Source: Felis catus (Eukaryota). Taken from it: a stretch of DNA of 64,000 nt. This document shows positions 1 to 9,620 of this stretch, piece by piece; the first letter of the stretch is position 1; every line of letters begins with the position of its first letter. A program made the translations under genes and the position numbers. The notes under the pieces were generated by a model. That model had not been told where the DNA came from. It saw nothing but the letters and a program-made list of their open reading frames with translations, and did no database searches. Where the stretch lies: contig NC_058368.1 of NCBI RefSeq assembly GCF_018350175.1, positions 78,370,001-78,434,000 of the forward strand. Reading direction: 5' to 3'.

Positions 1-2295
1 TGTTTCCTTTGTTTCTCTTTAAGCATGATGAACTCCTTCTCATGAGCCCCTCACACATGGTTGTTAGAAACCTCGCTAGTCTGTCCACACTTGGCAAACA
101 GGGACGATGTGCATGGAGTCACCAGGGCTGCGTTTTCAATGATTAGGATTTAAGCGTCCGATTGGGCAGCATCCCACCAAGACAGACATCTAAACAAAAT
201 CACTTTGTAGATTCAGGGCAGGGAAGTGTCTGTCCAGATGGTAATGCAGCCCGGGGCGCGCAGACATGTCTGACTCAGCCTGTGCCCTTGGCCCCTATCA
301 TTTTTCTTCCAACATTGACGGAGCAAAATAACAAAGAACTTATCTTAAATGCTTGCAAGCTCTGCCTCAATTTTTAGAGGCAGAGAGTTCTAGTTCTCAC
401 CTGGGTAGAATTGCTCTATCATTTCACCCAATGTCTTTGAGGTGGTTCAATCGGACCAGGTTTTATTCAGGTGTCCCGATGTGTCAGTGTGTATTCTGTG
501 TCTGCATATTTGAAATAGAAAAATTCATCTACCTATGAAGGAGGCAGATGATGGCCTCGATTGATACATATCCATTTTAATACTAAGTAAAATTTTATTT
601 GTGTGGGTATTATAAACGTAAAGACTGCAAACTAAACCTCTGTAATTGAAAGTAGCATTGAGGTAAACAGAAATTTTCTAAAAGCTCACACTTAACCACC
701 GTTACTCAAGAGCGTTACATCTGAAAGCAGTCCCACAACGAATTAAGGACATTGACAAATGAAACTGAATTCTTACAAAAGTGGATGTTTTTCCCACCAG
801 TTATACAAACTAAACTCCAGTAAATGCACATTCCTCTTTTTAGTAAAACTGTTGAGAAATAGAAATCATCATTGCCAACATCATTTTTCATATGTGAAAT
901 GACTAGAGGTGTGTATTTTCGATAACATCTCATCAGTTCATGGTTAAATTACCGAGTGATTAGCATTTAGCCTTCCAAATCAAGTTTCACTGACTGCGTA
1001 TATATTTCCAACAGAAAACAATGTGATTGTTTCTCAAATGTAATAATTATTTGTATCCTACTATTTACCGTATTTTGAGCACTTTCGGAAGCCAGTTTTA
1101 CTGAGATCTATTGTTAGGTCTATCCACATGTCTAGAAGAGTTGTTGTCTACGTGCTAGAATGGTCCAGTTCTTCAGGAAGGACACTTTTTTGTCCTCATA
1201 GAAGGTGTATAAGAGAAGCTAATTCGTCATAATACTATCAAGCTAGAAGGTTCTAATTAAACTCTGTGGATATTTTGAAGTTGTCAGTATAAGAAGCAAG
1301 CAGCCAGAGTTCCTGTTTGCTTTATTCTCTGGGTCGTACGCCTGGATAAACTCAAAAATTAAATTCTTTTCAAATATACTGTCCCATATTCCCATGTAGG
1401 CAATTCTGAGCGGACGGGACAAGGAACATGTATTTGCTTATTACATCTGGTATAGCTGTTCCGGGGGAATGTTTTACATTTCAGGTGAGAAAAAGAAGTG
1501 GGTAAAAAGTGGCTAAGTCCTGACAGAGAACATTCTAGTATTCCTTGGCTCAGGTATGCCAGCTTCCTTCACTGAATATATTTGTGGTGGGGCCTGTTTT
1601 TCAATGAATGGCATGCAATTTGCGTAACAGAATTTCAGTTAAATTATTGTCAAGCCATTTCCTTGACAGGAAAGAGATCTTTGATTTATGGAGTGATAAC
1701 TTCCTTTTGTTCCTCTAATAAGAAATCCAGGAGCACATGAACGCCACATAGTTTCTACCTGCCTTCAGAGAAATTCGATCGTGTGATCGCTGTGGAGGAC
1801 TGCACATGGCAGTGACCACTAGCCTCATATCTGGGTGGAGGGAAGCTGCTGCCCTCTGCCTTCCAGGGAAGAAGCCCCAGCCCTCCCTCTCTGTGCTTAG
1901 GGTGCCCACTGCTTGATCCAAGAGGAGACACTACCTGCCCCTGAGCTGGTCGGTGGCGCTCTCTCCAGTCAGTTGGGCATGAAGGCCTCTGCCCACAAAA
2001 GCAACAAAAACAGAGTTAATTCTCTAACACAATCAAATTATTCCCTCTCTTTGGAATTTTTACAGCAGCATCTGGAGAGCAGAATCTCCCATGAAAAGCA
2101 GAAGAAATTTGATTTACAGAAAGAAGCCGCGGCGGCCAAGCATCCTGAGCAAAAGAAGAGAGTCATCAGTTCAGGCACTGCCTTGAATTCTTGTAGTTCT
2201 GTATGAATTTAGGTAATATTAACACGCACACATATAACCTGAGTGGGTTGCACTTACTGTTAGTCAGAAGGGTTTCATATAATCCCCAAACTAAT

Positions 2296-2365
2296 TCTTT
2301 TTCTTTTTTTCTGTTCTTTTTTCTTCTCTTTTCTTTCTCTTTCTGTCTCTTTCTTTCCTTCCTTT

Positions 2366-2435
<70 letters not shown>

Positions 2436-2517
2436 TTTCTTTCTTTCCCTCCCTCCTTTCTTTTCTTTCTTTCTTTCTTTCTTCCTTTCTTTCTTTCTTT
2501 CTTTTTCTCTTTCTTTC

Positions 2518-2572
<55 letters not shown>

Positions 2573-2621
2573 TCCTTCTCTTTCTTTCCCTCCCTCCCTC
2601 CCTTCTTTCTTTCTTTCTCTC

Positions 2622-2672
<51 letters not shown>

Positions 2673-2724
2673 TCCTTCTCTTTCTTTCCCTCCCTCCCTC
2701 CCTTCTTTCTTTCTTTCTCTCCCT

Positions 2725-2760
<36 letters not shown>

Positions 2761-2804
2761 TCACTCCCTCCCTCCCTCCCTTCTTTCTTTCTTTCTCTCC
2801 CTCC

Positions 2805-2843
<39 letters not shown>

Positions 2844-2892
2844 TTTCTCTTTCTTTCTTTCTTTCCCTCCTTTCTTTCTTTCTCTCTCTTTT

Positions 2893-2940
<48 letters not shown>

Positions 2941-2941
2941 T
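2296..2941. repeat. Long compound (TTTC)n/(CCTC)n polypyrimidine microsatellite
   Basis: About 645 bp of almost pure C/T, dominated by TTTC units with CCTC interruptions; explains ORFs 2203..3021 and 2291..3040. Confidence 0.98.
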
Positions 2942-3160
2942 CAACTTTATGTAGTGTGTGTCAGCCTGATTGGCCTGAAAACAAGGGCTGTGACAGAAGA
3001 CTTGAATTACACGATGTCTGACATGAAGGAGTGTGCACACACACTCACAAATGATGTCCTTCCAGGCCAGAGATTAGACAACAGCTGACTTGGGGGACCA
3101 AGGTAATCATTAAAAGATCATCTTAGAGTTTTTTTTAATGTTCTTTACAAGTCATTTTAA

Positions 3161-3196
3161 TTTTTTTAAATGTTTATTTTTGAGAGGGAGAGACAG
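3161..3196 (-). mobile_element. Severely 5'-truncated Can-SINE (tail only)
   Basis: tttttttaaatgtttatttttgagagggagagacag flanked by direct repeat ACAAGTCATTTTAA (3147-3160, 3197-3210). Confidence 0.75.
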
Positions 3197-3222
3197 ACAA
3201 GTCATTTTAAAAAGGTCTCAGA

Positions 3223-3448
3223 GGGGCGCCTGGGTGGCGCAGTCGGTTAAGCGTCCGACTTCAGCCAGGTCACGATCTCGCGGTCCGGGAGTTCGAGCCC
3301 CGCGTCGGGCTCTGGGCTGATGGCTCAGAGCCTGGAGCCTGTTTCCGATTCTGTGTCTCCCTCTCTCTCTGCCCCTCCCCCGTTCATGCTTTGTCTCTCT
3401 CTGTCCCAAAAATAAATAAACGTTGAAAAAAAAAATTTTAAAAAAAAA
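3223..3448 (+). mobile_element. Young felid Can-SINE (SINEC_Fc-like)
   Basis: GGGGCGCCTGGGTGGCGCAGTCGGTTAAG head, B-box GTTCGAGCCC, CT-rich segment, A tail; TSD AAAAAGGTCTCAGA. Confidence 0.95.
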
Positions 3449-4783
3449 GGTCTCAGAACTCGCAGACGCCAAGGGAAAAGACAACATAGTCCTAACAGGT
3501 AAAAACGAATGTCTCATGACATGATGCCTAGTGACACAGTGAGGAAGCAGGAACTCACCCACGGGCAGCTCCGTGACTCCCGATGAAGGTGAAGATGTGC
3601 CCGTTCTCCAGCAGTTGTTTGGGAAACCCCAGCAGGTGTTACAAGGAGACACGTACAAAGGTGTGTGTGCTAGTGCTGTGTGTAATAAAGAAAAGTATTT
3701 CATGTAATGAAGGAAAACAGATGAAAAGTGGGAGCATCGCGAATATAGTTTGTTCCATATTCGTATACGCCTGGTTAGAATTCCTGGGGACAGTCACCAT
3801 CCCATTTCACCCATGAGGGAACTGAATCCCAGAGGCCCCAGGAGAGTGAAGGGTGGAGCCAGGACTCACACCCTGGCTGGGAGCCCTTGTCCTCACTTAC
3901 ACTATCTCAGTCACTTTCTTTCTGAAGCTGGCATGGGACAGTGAGGTGGGACGAGGCTACCGCTCAGTAGCCCTAGCACACGGGGGAGTCATGTAGCCAG
4001 AATTTGGCAAGTGGTCGGTAACATTTGTCCAAGTGTGAGCTCCTTACACAACCTGCCGGTGCCGGAGGCAAAGAGCCAGAAACCGGGAAATGTCCAGGAG
4101 CTGGCCATGGAGACCAGGCAGGACCAGTGTGTCTGTAGTGACTCTGGGTCCACCAATAGAGATTTGAAAGTGAAGTGAGCCGAGCCGGGTTGTTCACATA
4201 GGCATTCAATTCTGGCAGTCAACTTAATAGGGCCCAGTAGAGAAGCTGCTTTAGGGAAAGGGCAGTTCATGGTGGGTCTGGACCGAAGCGTTGGAGCTGG
4301 AGCCGAAGCCACTTCTCCTGGCCAGCGTGGGGCTGAGCCGGCCGGGAGCTGCAGGGAGCGCTGCTGGGGTTGGTTGCAGCATCCCCTGCATGTAAAGACC
4401 CCCTGGCATCCAATGTAAAGACGTCTCCAATGTGTAGCCCCATTCTTCTTACGGCAATGCTCCAACGATAATAAAGAGAATATTCCCCAGTGGACGTCCC
4501 TGCGGCCTCTGAGGACATCTGGTTTTCTTTCCCACTTAGAGACCGTTCATGAATCACTCTGCAGCGGAGTGCACTTCAGTACTAAGCACTTGGCTTATCT
4601 GACCTGCTCATTAATTCTTTGTATTACACCAGCAGGAACCTCGTTCTTTCTCCCCTGCCCTCGCAGAGTGGCCCCCAGTGGCCCAGCTCGGGCCACACCG
4701 CAGGGAGCTCCTGTAGTACCGCAGGGTTCCACACGTCCCGGGTCCAAACCCTGAGTCCCTCCTGGCGGGGAGATGCCAGGGGC

Positions 4784-4785
<2 letters not shown>

Positions 4786-4822
<37 letters not shown>
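4786..4822. repeat. (GT)n microsatellite just upstream of the TNFSF13B promoter motifs
   Basis: Pure GT run seen directly. Confidence 0.97.
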
Positions 4823-4823
<1 letters not shown>

Positions 4824-4851
4824 AGATGCCATTAGAATTCTTACAGATACT

Positions 4852-4881
4852 GAAAGTGAAATGAGGAAATGATTGGGCAAT
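4852..4881 (+). promoter_or_regulatory. TNFSF13B: TNFSF13B proximal promoter/5' end: ISRE/IRF site, ETS core and C/EBP-like site
   Basis: GAAAGTGAAA (4852-4861), GAGGAAAT (4863-4870), ATTGGGCAAT (4872-4881); resembles my recollection of the human BAFF transcript 5' end; BAFF is interferon-inducible in myeloid cells. Confidence 0.7.
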
Positions 4882-5100
4882 CGGATGGAAGGGCCGGTGC
4901 CAGGAAGACCTATCACCCACTGGGGGCCGGGATGCAGCTGGGCAGACGCGGGGAGACCCCGGGGAGCTCTCCCAGGGGCCAAGGCACAGCCAGGCCATGT
5001 AGTCGGTGTGGGACCTCAGCAAGCACCGCTCACAGGAAATGATCCCTTCCCTGCGGCCACTTTCTCGAAAGGCCCGGACCTTCCAAGTCCCCCGAGTGCC

Positions 5101-5436
5101 ATGGAGGGCTGCGCGGAAGGCGAGCGGTCACGCCTTCGTCCTCGCCCGGAGAGGGGAGAAGAAATGAAAGTGAAGGAGCCGCCCGGCTCGCGCCCCAAAG
5201 ACGCAGCGCTGCTGGCCGTGACCCTGCTGCTGGCGCTCACGTCCTGCTGCCTGTCGGTGGTGTCCCTGTGCAGGGTGGCCGTCCTGCAAGCCGAGCTGGG
5301 GAGCCTGCGGGCGGAGCTGCGGGGGCCCCGGGAGCCCCGCGAGCTTCGGGCTGAGCCGGGCCCTCCCCCGGCGGGGGCCGCAACCCTCGGGGCGTCCGGC
5401 GCGCGCCTGGCCCCCGCGGTCCCCAGCGCGCTGAAA
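5101..5436 (+). CDS. TNFSF13B: BAFF coding exon 1 (cytoplasmic tail, transmembrane segment, stalk)
   Basis: gccATGG Kozak; MEGCAEGERSRL...LLAVTLLLALTSCCLSVVSL...LQAELGSLRAEL...SALK; donor AAA|GTGAGT at 5437. Confidence 0.95.
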
Positions 5437-5529
5437 GTGAGTGCAGCCGCCGCAGCCCGTCCCCCGCCCCCCGCCACCCCCGCGCCCCTGCGACGCCGGG
5501 GCTGTAACTTGGGGTTTCTGTCTCCCCAG

Positions 5530-5617
5530 GGGATCTTTGCACCAACCCCGGCGGGAGAGAGCAACTCCAGCCAGAGCGGCAGAAGGAAGCGCGCCGCTCT
5601 GGATCCCGAAGACACAG
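5530..5617 (+). CDS. TNFSF13B: BAFF coding exon 2 (furin site RRKR)
   Basis: Acceptor tctccccag|; GIFAPTPAGESNSSQSGRRKRAALDPEDT; donor CAG|GTACGT; RRKR at 5581-5592. Confidence 0.95.
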
Positions 5618-6083
5618 GTACGTTTGGGGCGCGGAAGCACTTAGCAGACGGGATGCCGGCGTCCGCGGGTGTGCGGGTGTGGACCCCGGCCTCCGGGTTG
5701 GGGACCCCCTCCCCTCCACGAGCGCTGAGCGGTGCCCCGAGGCTGTGCAAGTGGCCTCTACAGCACGTGTGGCTTTTGTGCCACAGCCGGCGCGCCGGCA
5801 GGTGTCTGTCCCCGACGAGCGGACTTGGAGGGCTGGGCCCTGCCTTAACCACAGAGGAGGGGAGGGAGCACAGGGTCTTCTTCGGATGGGACACACCTGC
5901 GTCAGAAGCCCTGTCCGTCACTGGAGGAGAAGAGCGCCGCGCGCTGTGTCCACCTGAGTCCCGGAGGGTCAGGTAAAGATACACCTTCCCTGAGGGTGCG
6001 CTGCGCGCCCTGGGATCACGCGGGGAGCAGGTGTGCGGCCGCGATTCATTGTGTTTATTGCTCTAGCTTTAAAACAGACTTTG

Positions 6084-6087
<4 letters not shown>

Positions 6088-6131
<44 letters not shown>
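6088..6131. repeat. (CA)n microsatellite
   Basis: Pure CA run. Confidence 0.97.
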
Positions 6132-6133
<2 letters not shown>

Positions 6134-8169
6134 TGCTCTGACTGTAAACGTATTTTTCACTGACTGCCTTATTCATGGAAAAAAGTCTTTCCTGTTTTGC
6201 AAAACCATGATTTTTATAAATGCTTTGTGTCAATTACCTTTAGTATCGCTTTGTGTCTGTTAGACACAATTGACTTTAAGCAAATATAGACTACGAAACA
6301 CTCATATTTTTATTATACTTGAGCAGGTGAATTGTTTTCATACTTTGCATTTTATCATCTGTACTTTGTACACAATTGAAAAAACACACCATGTATATAC
6401 TACTGCATATTTTTGCGTTCACTTATCGTTATACAATAAGCATTTTCCTTCTTTCTAAGTAATTCTCACACATCCACGTTAGTTCGTTATCATGCAGTTA
6501 TGTCACATGATCATTTCCAAAGTTGGTGCGCAGATCTCTTATTTCCGAGGAATTTTATGTGTTCCATCTAAATTCCATAGATGAAATATCAGAACTAAAG
6601 AGGATGAACATTTATTACTGCCATGTTGCTTTCAAAGTGAGTTATAAATGTGTACAGTCAGAAGTGCAGTGCACAAGGTCTCCACATTCTTACAGCATTT
6701 TATTAAAATTTATTCTGGCTAGTCTAGTAGTTGTCAAACAGTGTCTCAAATGTAATCTGTTGCTTGCTCGAAGAGAAGGATGAATTTGTTTCTGCATATT
6801 TGGGTAACTTCTAATTTTATCACCTGCTAATTTTTATTTATGGCTTCCCTCATTTATCCTAATTTTTTTGTGATTTTGAATAAGCTCTATGTTAGACATA
6901 CTGTTTAACAAAATTTGGGTGTCACTGTTTTCATATTTTGCTTTTTAAAATTCCTGCAGAGATTTTACATCTGTGTATCTAATGTGATAAACTTTTCTTT
7001 TTGATTTTCTCTACTATATCAAAGCTGAAAATATATGTATTTGTAATCTCCTACACAGCCTAGTCTATAATCTGCTACTTTGACTTTTTCATAACTTAGT
7101 GTTTTAGTTTGGTACTTAACTCCTTAATCCTTGTGGCGTTTATGTGGTGGATCACATCACACCAGCTTTATCTTCCCTTCTTCTTTTATGTTTTCTTACC
7201 AAACTGCTATTAAATATAGCTAATTTCATGGGATGCTTATTTTCAACTTGTTTGCATTGGAAAGCAAACACAGTAGTGTTAATATTAAGTCTCTCATGAA
7301 TCTATTTTGAGACTGTTTTTTCATTGATTTATTATTCTGTTTATCTGTATTAAATAAAATATTTTAAGTATTTTGTAACATAATGGGCTTTAATATCTAG
7401 TAGGGTCAGAATGCCTCAATCTTCTTCAGCCTCTGTGCTACTACTCCCCAGCCTCTGCACATTCATCTTACAAATAAACCTTAACTTTACCATTGCAGAG
7501 AGGATACAGGCTCATTACAGCAGCTTTAAGAAGAAACGACGTTGAGTAAGAAATTAATTAACTTCCGGAGTCCCACTTCCTCAAAATACCCTCTATTATA
7601 TTTTAAAATTTCCTCCATGTGCAAATTTTTACAAATTTGTGATTTGATGGCATCCACAAATGATACACTGATTAAAATTTTTCCGTAAATAATTTGTAAT
7701 TTTTAGAAAGTTTGGAAAGTAAGAGAGAATTCTATCAAGTGAATCAAAATTTACTTAGTATCTAAAACCCAGATGTAATTGCTATTGTCATGATCATGGT
7801 TTGCCTAAGATTTTTATAAACCTTTCATATAGCATATATATATATATATATATATATAGTATACATATATACAGTATGTATGCATATGGATATATCCTAT
7901 ATGTGTATATATACAGTATATAGTACATCTCTCTCTTTCTCTTTCTCTCCTTGTATATATACTCATAACATTCATAGATCTGAGATGAAAGGTTTGAAGA
8001 GGAGAACCTTAGTGACTGCTCATATCTGCTCTCCTTCCTCATCAGTGAAACTGGCTTGAATGTCGTTTTAGACGCCATTCTCTTTTTTTTCCTCTTATTT
8101 CATATATTTTCTATTTATTTTTCCCCGTAGTATATTTACCACATTCAGTAAAATTTCATAATGTGTTTG

Positions 8170-8316
8170 TTTTTTAATATGAAATTTATTGTCAAATTGG
8201 TTTCCATACAACACCCAGTGCTCATCCCAACAGGTGCCCTCCTAGATGCCCATCACCCACTTTCCCCTCCCCCCCCGCCCCCCCTCCCGTCAACCCTCAG
8301 TTTGTTCTCAGTTTTT
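8170..8316 (-). mobile_element. L1 3'-end fragment (carnivore/cat type)
   Basis: Reverse complement of the L1 3' UTR seen at about 9460-9590 (tttattgtcaaattggtttccatacaacacccagtgctcatccca). Confidence 0.85.
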
Positions 8317-8878
8317 CTCTCATGCAGGGAAAACATATTTTATTTAGCACTACAAAAATATGTGTATAACCAAGAGGGTTTCTGAAAGCCCATGATTTTA
8401 TTTTTCTGTTTGGTAGCATCCTTTTTTTTTTTTTTTTGGACTTGAGAAAATGCTGAACAATTTGAATCTATACAGCTTTCTTTGTTTCTGTTTATTCTAC
8501 TCTATTCTGATTTAAGTAAGGCTCAAAAAACCTTAGGTTCTCCCTTTTACTTTCAAAGTGTCCATTTATGTTCTTATGTATTAATTTTCCAAATACTTTA
8601 TAGATCCATTGACATTTTTGGTTGGAATTTTATAAAAATTATAATTCTGCGGAAGAAAATGAATTCTTACGGTGTTTTATTTATATATCCAAGAATGCTT
8701 AAATGCGTGATATCTCCTTACTAAATATCAAAATTTAAATTTCCCAGTTGGATATAATTTTCCTTATGTAGGTTTTATGATTCTTTCATAGTTAGTTAAA
8801 AAAGGTTTTCTTGCAATTTTGGAGTCCTGGGATTTTCAAATGGCTCGTTAAACTCTTTAAAAATGTACAGAATTCTCA

Positions 8879-9090
8879 CGGGGTGCCTGGGTGGCTCAGT
8901 CGGTTAGGCGTCTGACTTTGGTTCAGGTCATGATCTCACGGTCTGTGAGTTCGAGCCCCACGTCGGGCTCTGTGCTGACAGCTCAGGGCCTGGAGCCTGC
9001 TTCAGATTCTGTGTTTCCCTCTCTCTCTGCCCCTCCCCCAGTCATGCTCTGTCTCTCTTTGTCTCAAAAATAAAAAAACATTAAAAAAGT
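8879..9090 (+). mobile_element. Can-SINE directly abutting an L1 fragment
   Basis: GGGGTGCCTGGGTGGCTCAGTCGG head, B-box, CT segment, short tail. Confidence 0.93.
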
Positions 9091-9094
9091 AATA

Positions 9095-9620
9095 AATACT
9101 GATGCATAGGGGCACTTGTACCCCAATGTTTATAGCAGCACTCTCAACAATAGCCAAATTATGGAAAGAGCCTAAATGTCCATCAACTGATGAATGGATA
9201 AAGAAATTGTGGTTTATATACACAATGGAATACTACGTGGCAATGAGAAAAAATGAAATATGGCCCTTTGTAGCAACATGGATGGAACTGGAGAGTGTTA
9301 TGCTAAGTGAAATAAGCCATACAGAGAAAGACAGATACCATATGGTTTCACTCTTAAGTGGATCCTAAGAAACTTAACAGAAACCCATGGGGGAGGGGAA
9401 GGAAAAAAAAAAAGAGGTTAGAGTGGGAGAGAGAGCCAAAGCATAAGAGACTCTTAAAAACTGAGAACAAACTGAGGGTTGATAGGGGGTGGGAGGGAGG
9501 GGTGGGTGGGTGATGGGTATTGAGGAGGGCACCTTTTTGGGATGAGCACTGGGTGTTGTATGGAAACCAATTTGACAATAAACTTCATATATTGAAATAA
9601 TAATAATAATATTAAAAATT
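9095..9620 (+). mobile_element. 5'-truncated L1 (ORF2 C-terminus plus 3' UTR)
   Basis: ORF 9102..9368 (CTPMFIAALSTIAKLWKEPKCPSTDEWIKKLW...ATWMELESVMLSEIS) is typical of the L1 ORF2 C-terminus; G-rich 3' UTR and AATAAA tail. Confidence 0.93.

Larger units (their letters stand above)
4880..6045. promoter_or_regulatory. CpG island over 5' UTR, exons 1-2 and start of intron 2
   Basis: Visibly high GC and CpG density against AT-rich flanks; boundaries approximate. Confidence 0.8.

Noticed and set aside
1..2200. Possible 3' end of the upstream neighbour gene (ABHD13 by human synteny)
   Set aside because: No recognisable coding sequence or diagnostic feature in the window
2203..3040. 272-aa F/L/S-rich and 249-aa K/E/R-rich ORFs
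   Set aside because: Translations of the (TTTC)n microsatellite
4873..5976. 367-aa ORF taken as a single-exon gene
   Set aside because: It is BAFF exon 1, intron 1, exon 2 and read-through into GC-rich intron 2. It lacks the TNF domain, and the possible donor CAG|GTAAAG at 5972/5973 is phase 2, incompatible with phase-1 exon 3
5016..5984. Overlapping antisense ORFs of 322, 219 and 170 aa
   Set aside because: Stop-codon scarcity in a CpG island; low-complexity A/G/P/R peptides with no recognisable domain
9102..9368. 88-aa ORF with real protein-like sequence
   Set aside because: C-terminal remnant of L1 ORF2 in a truncated element
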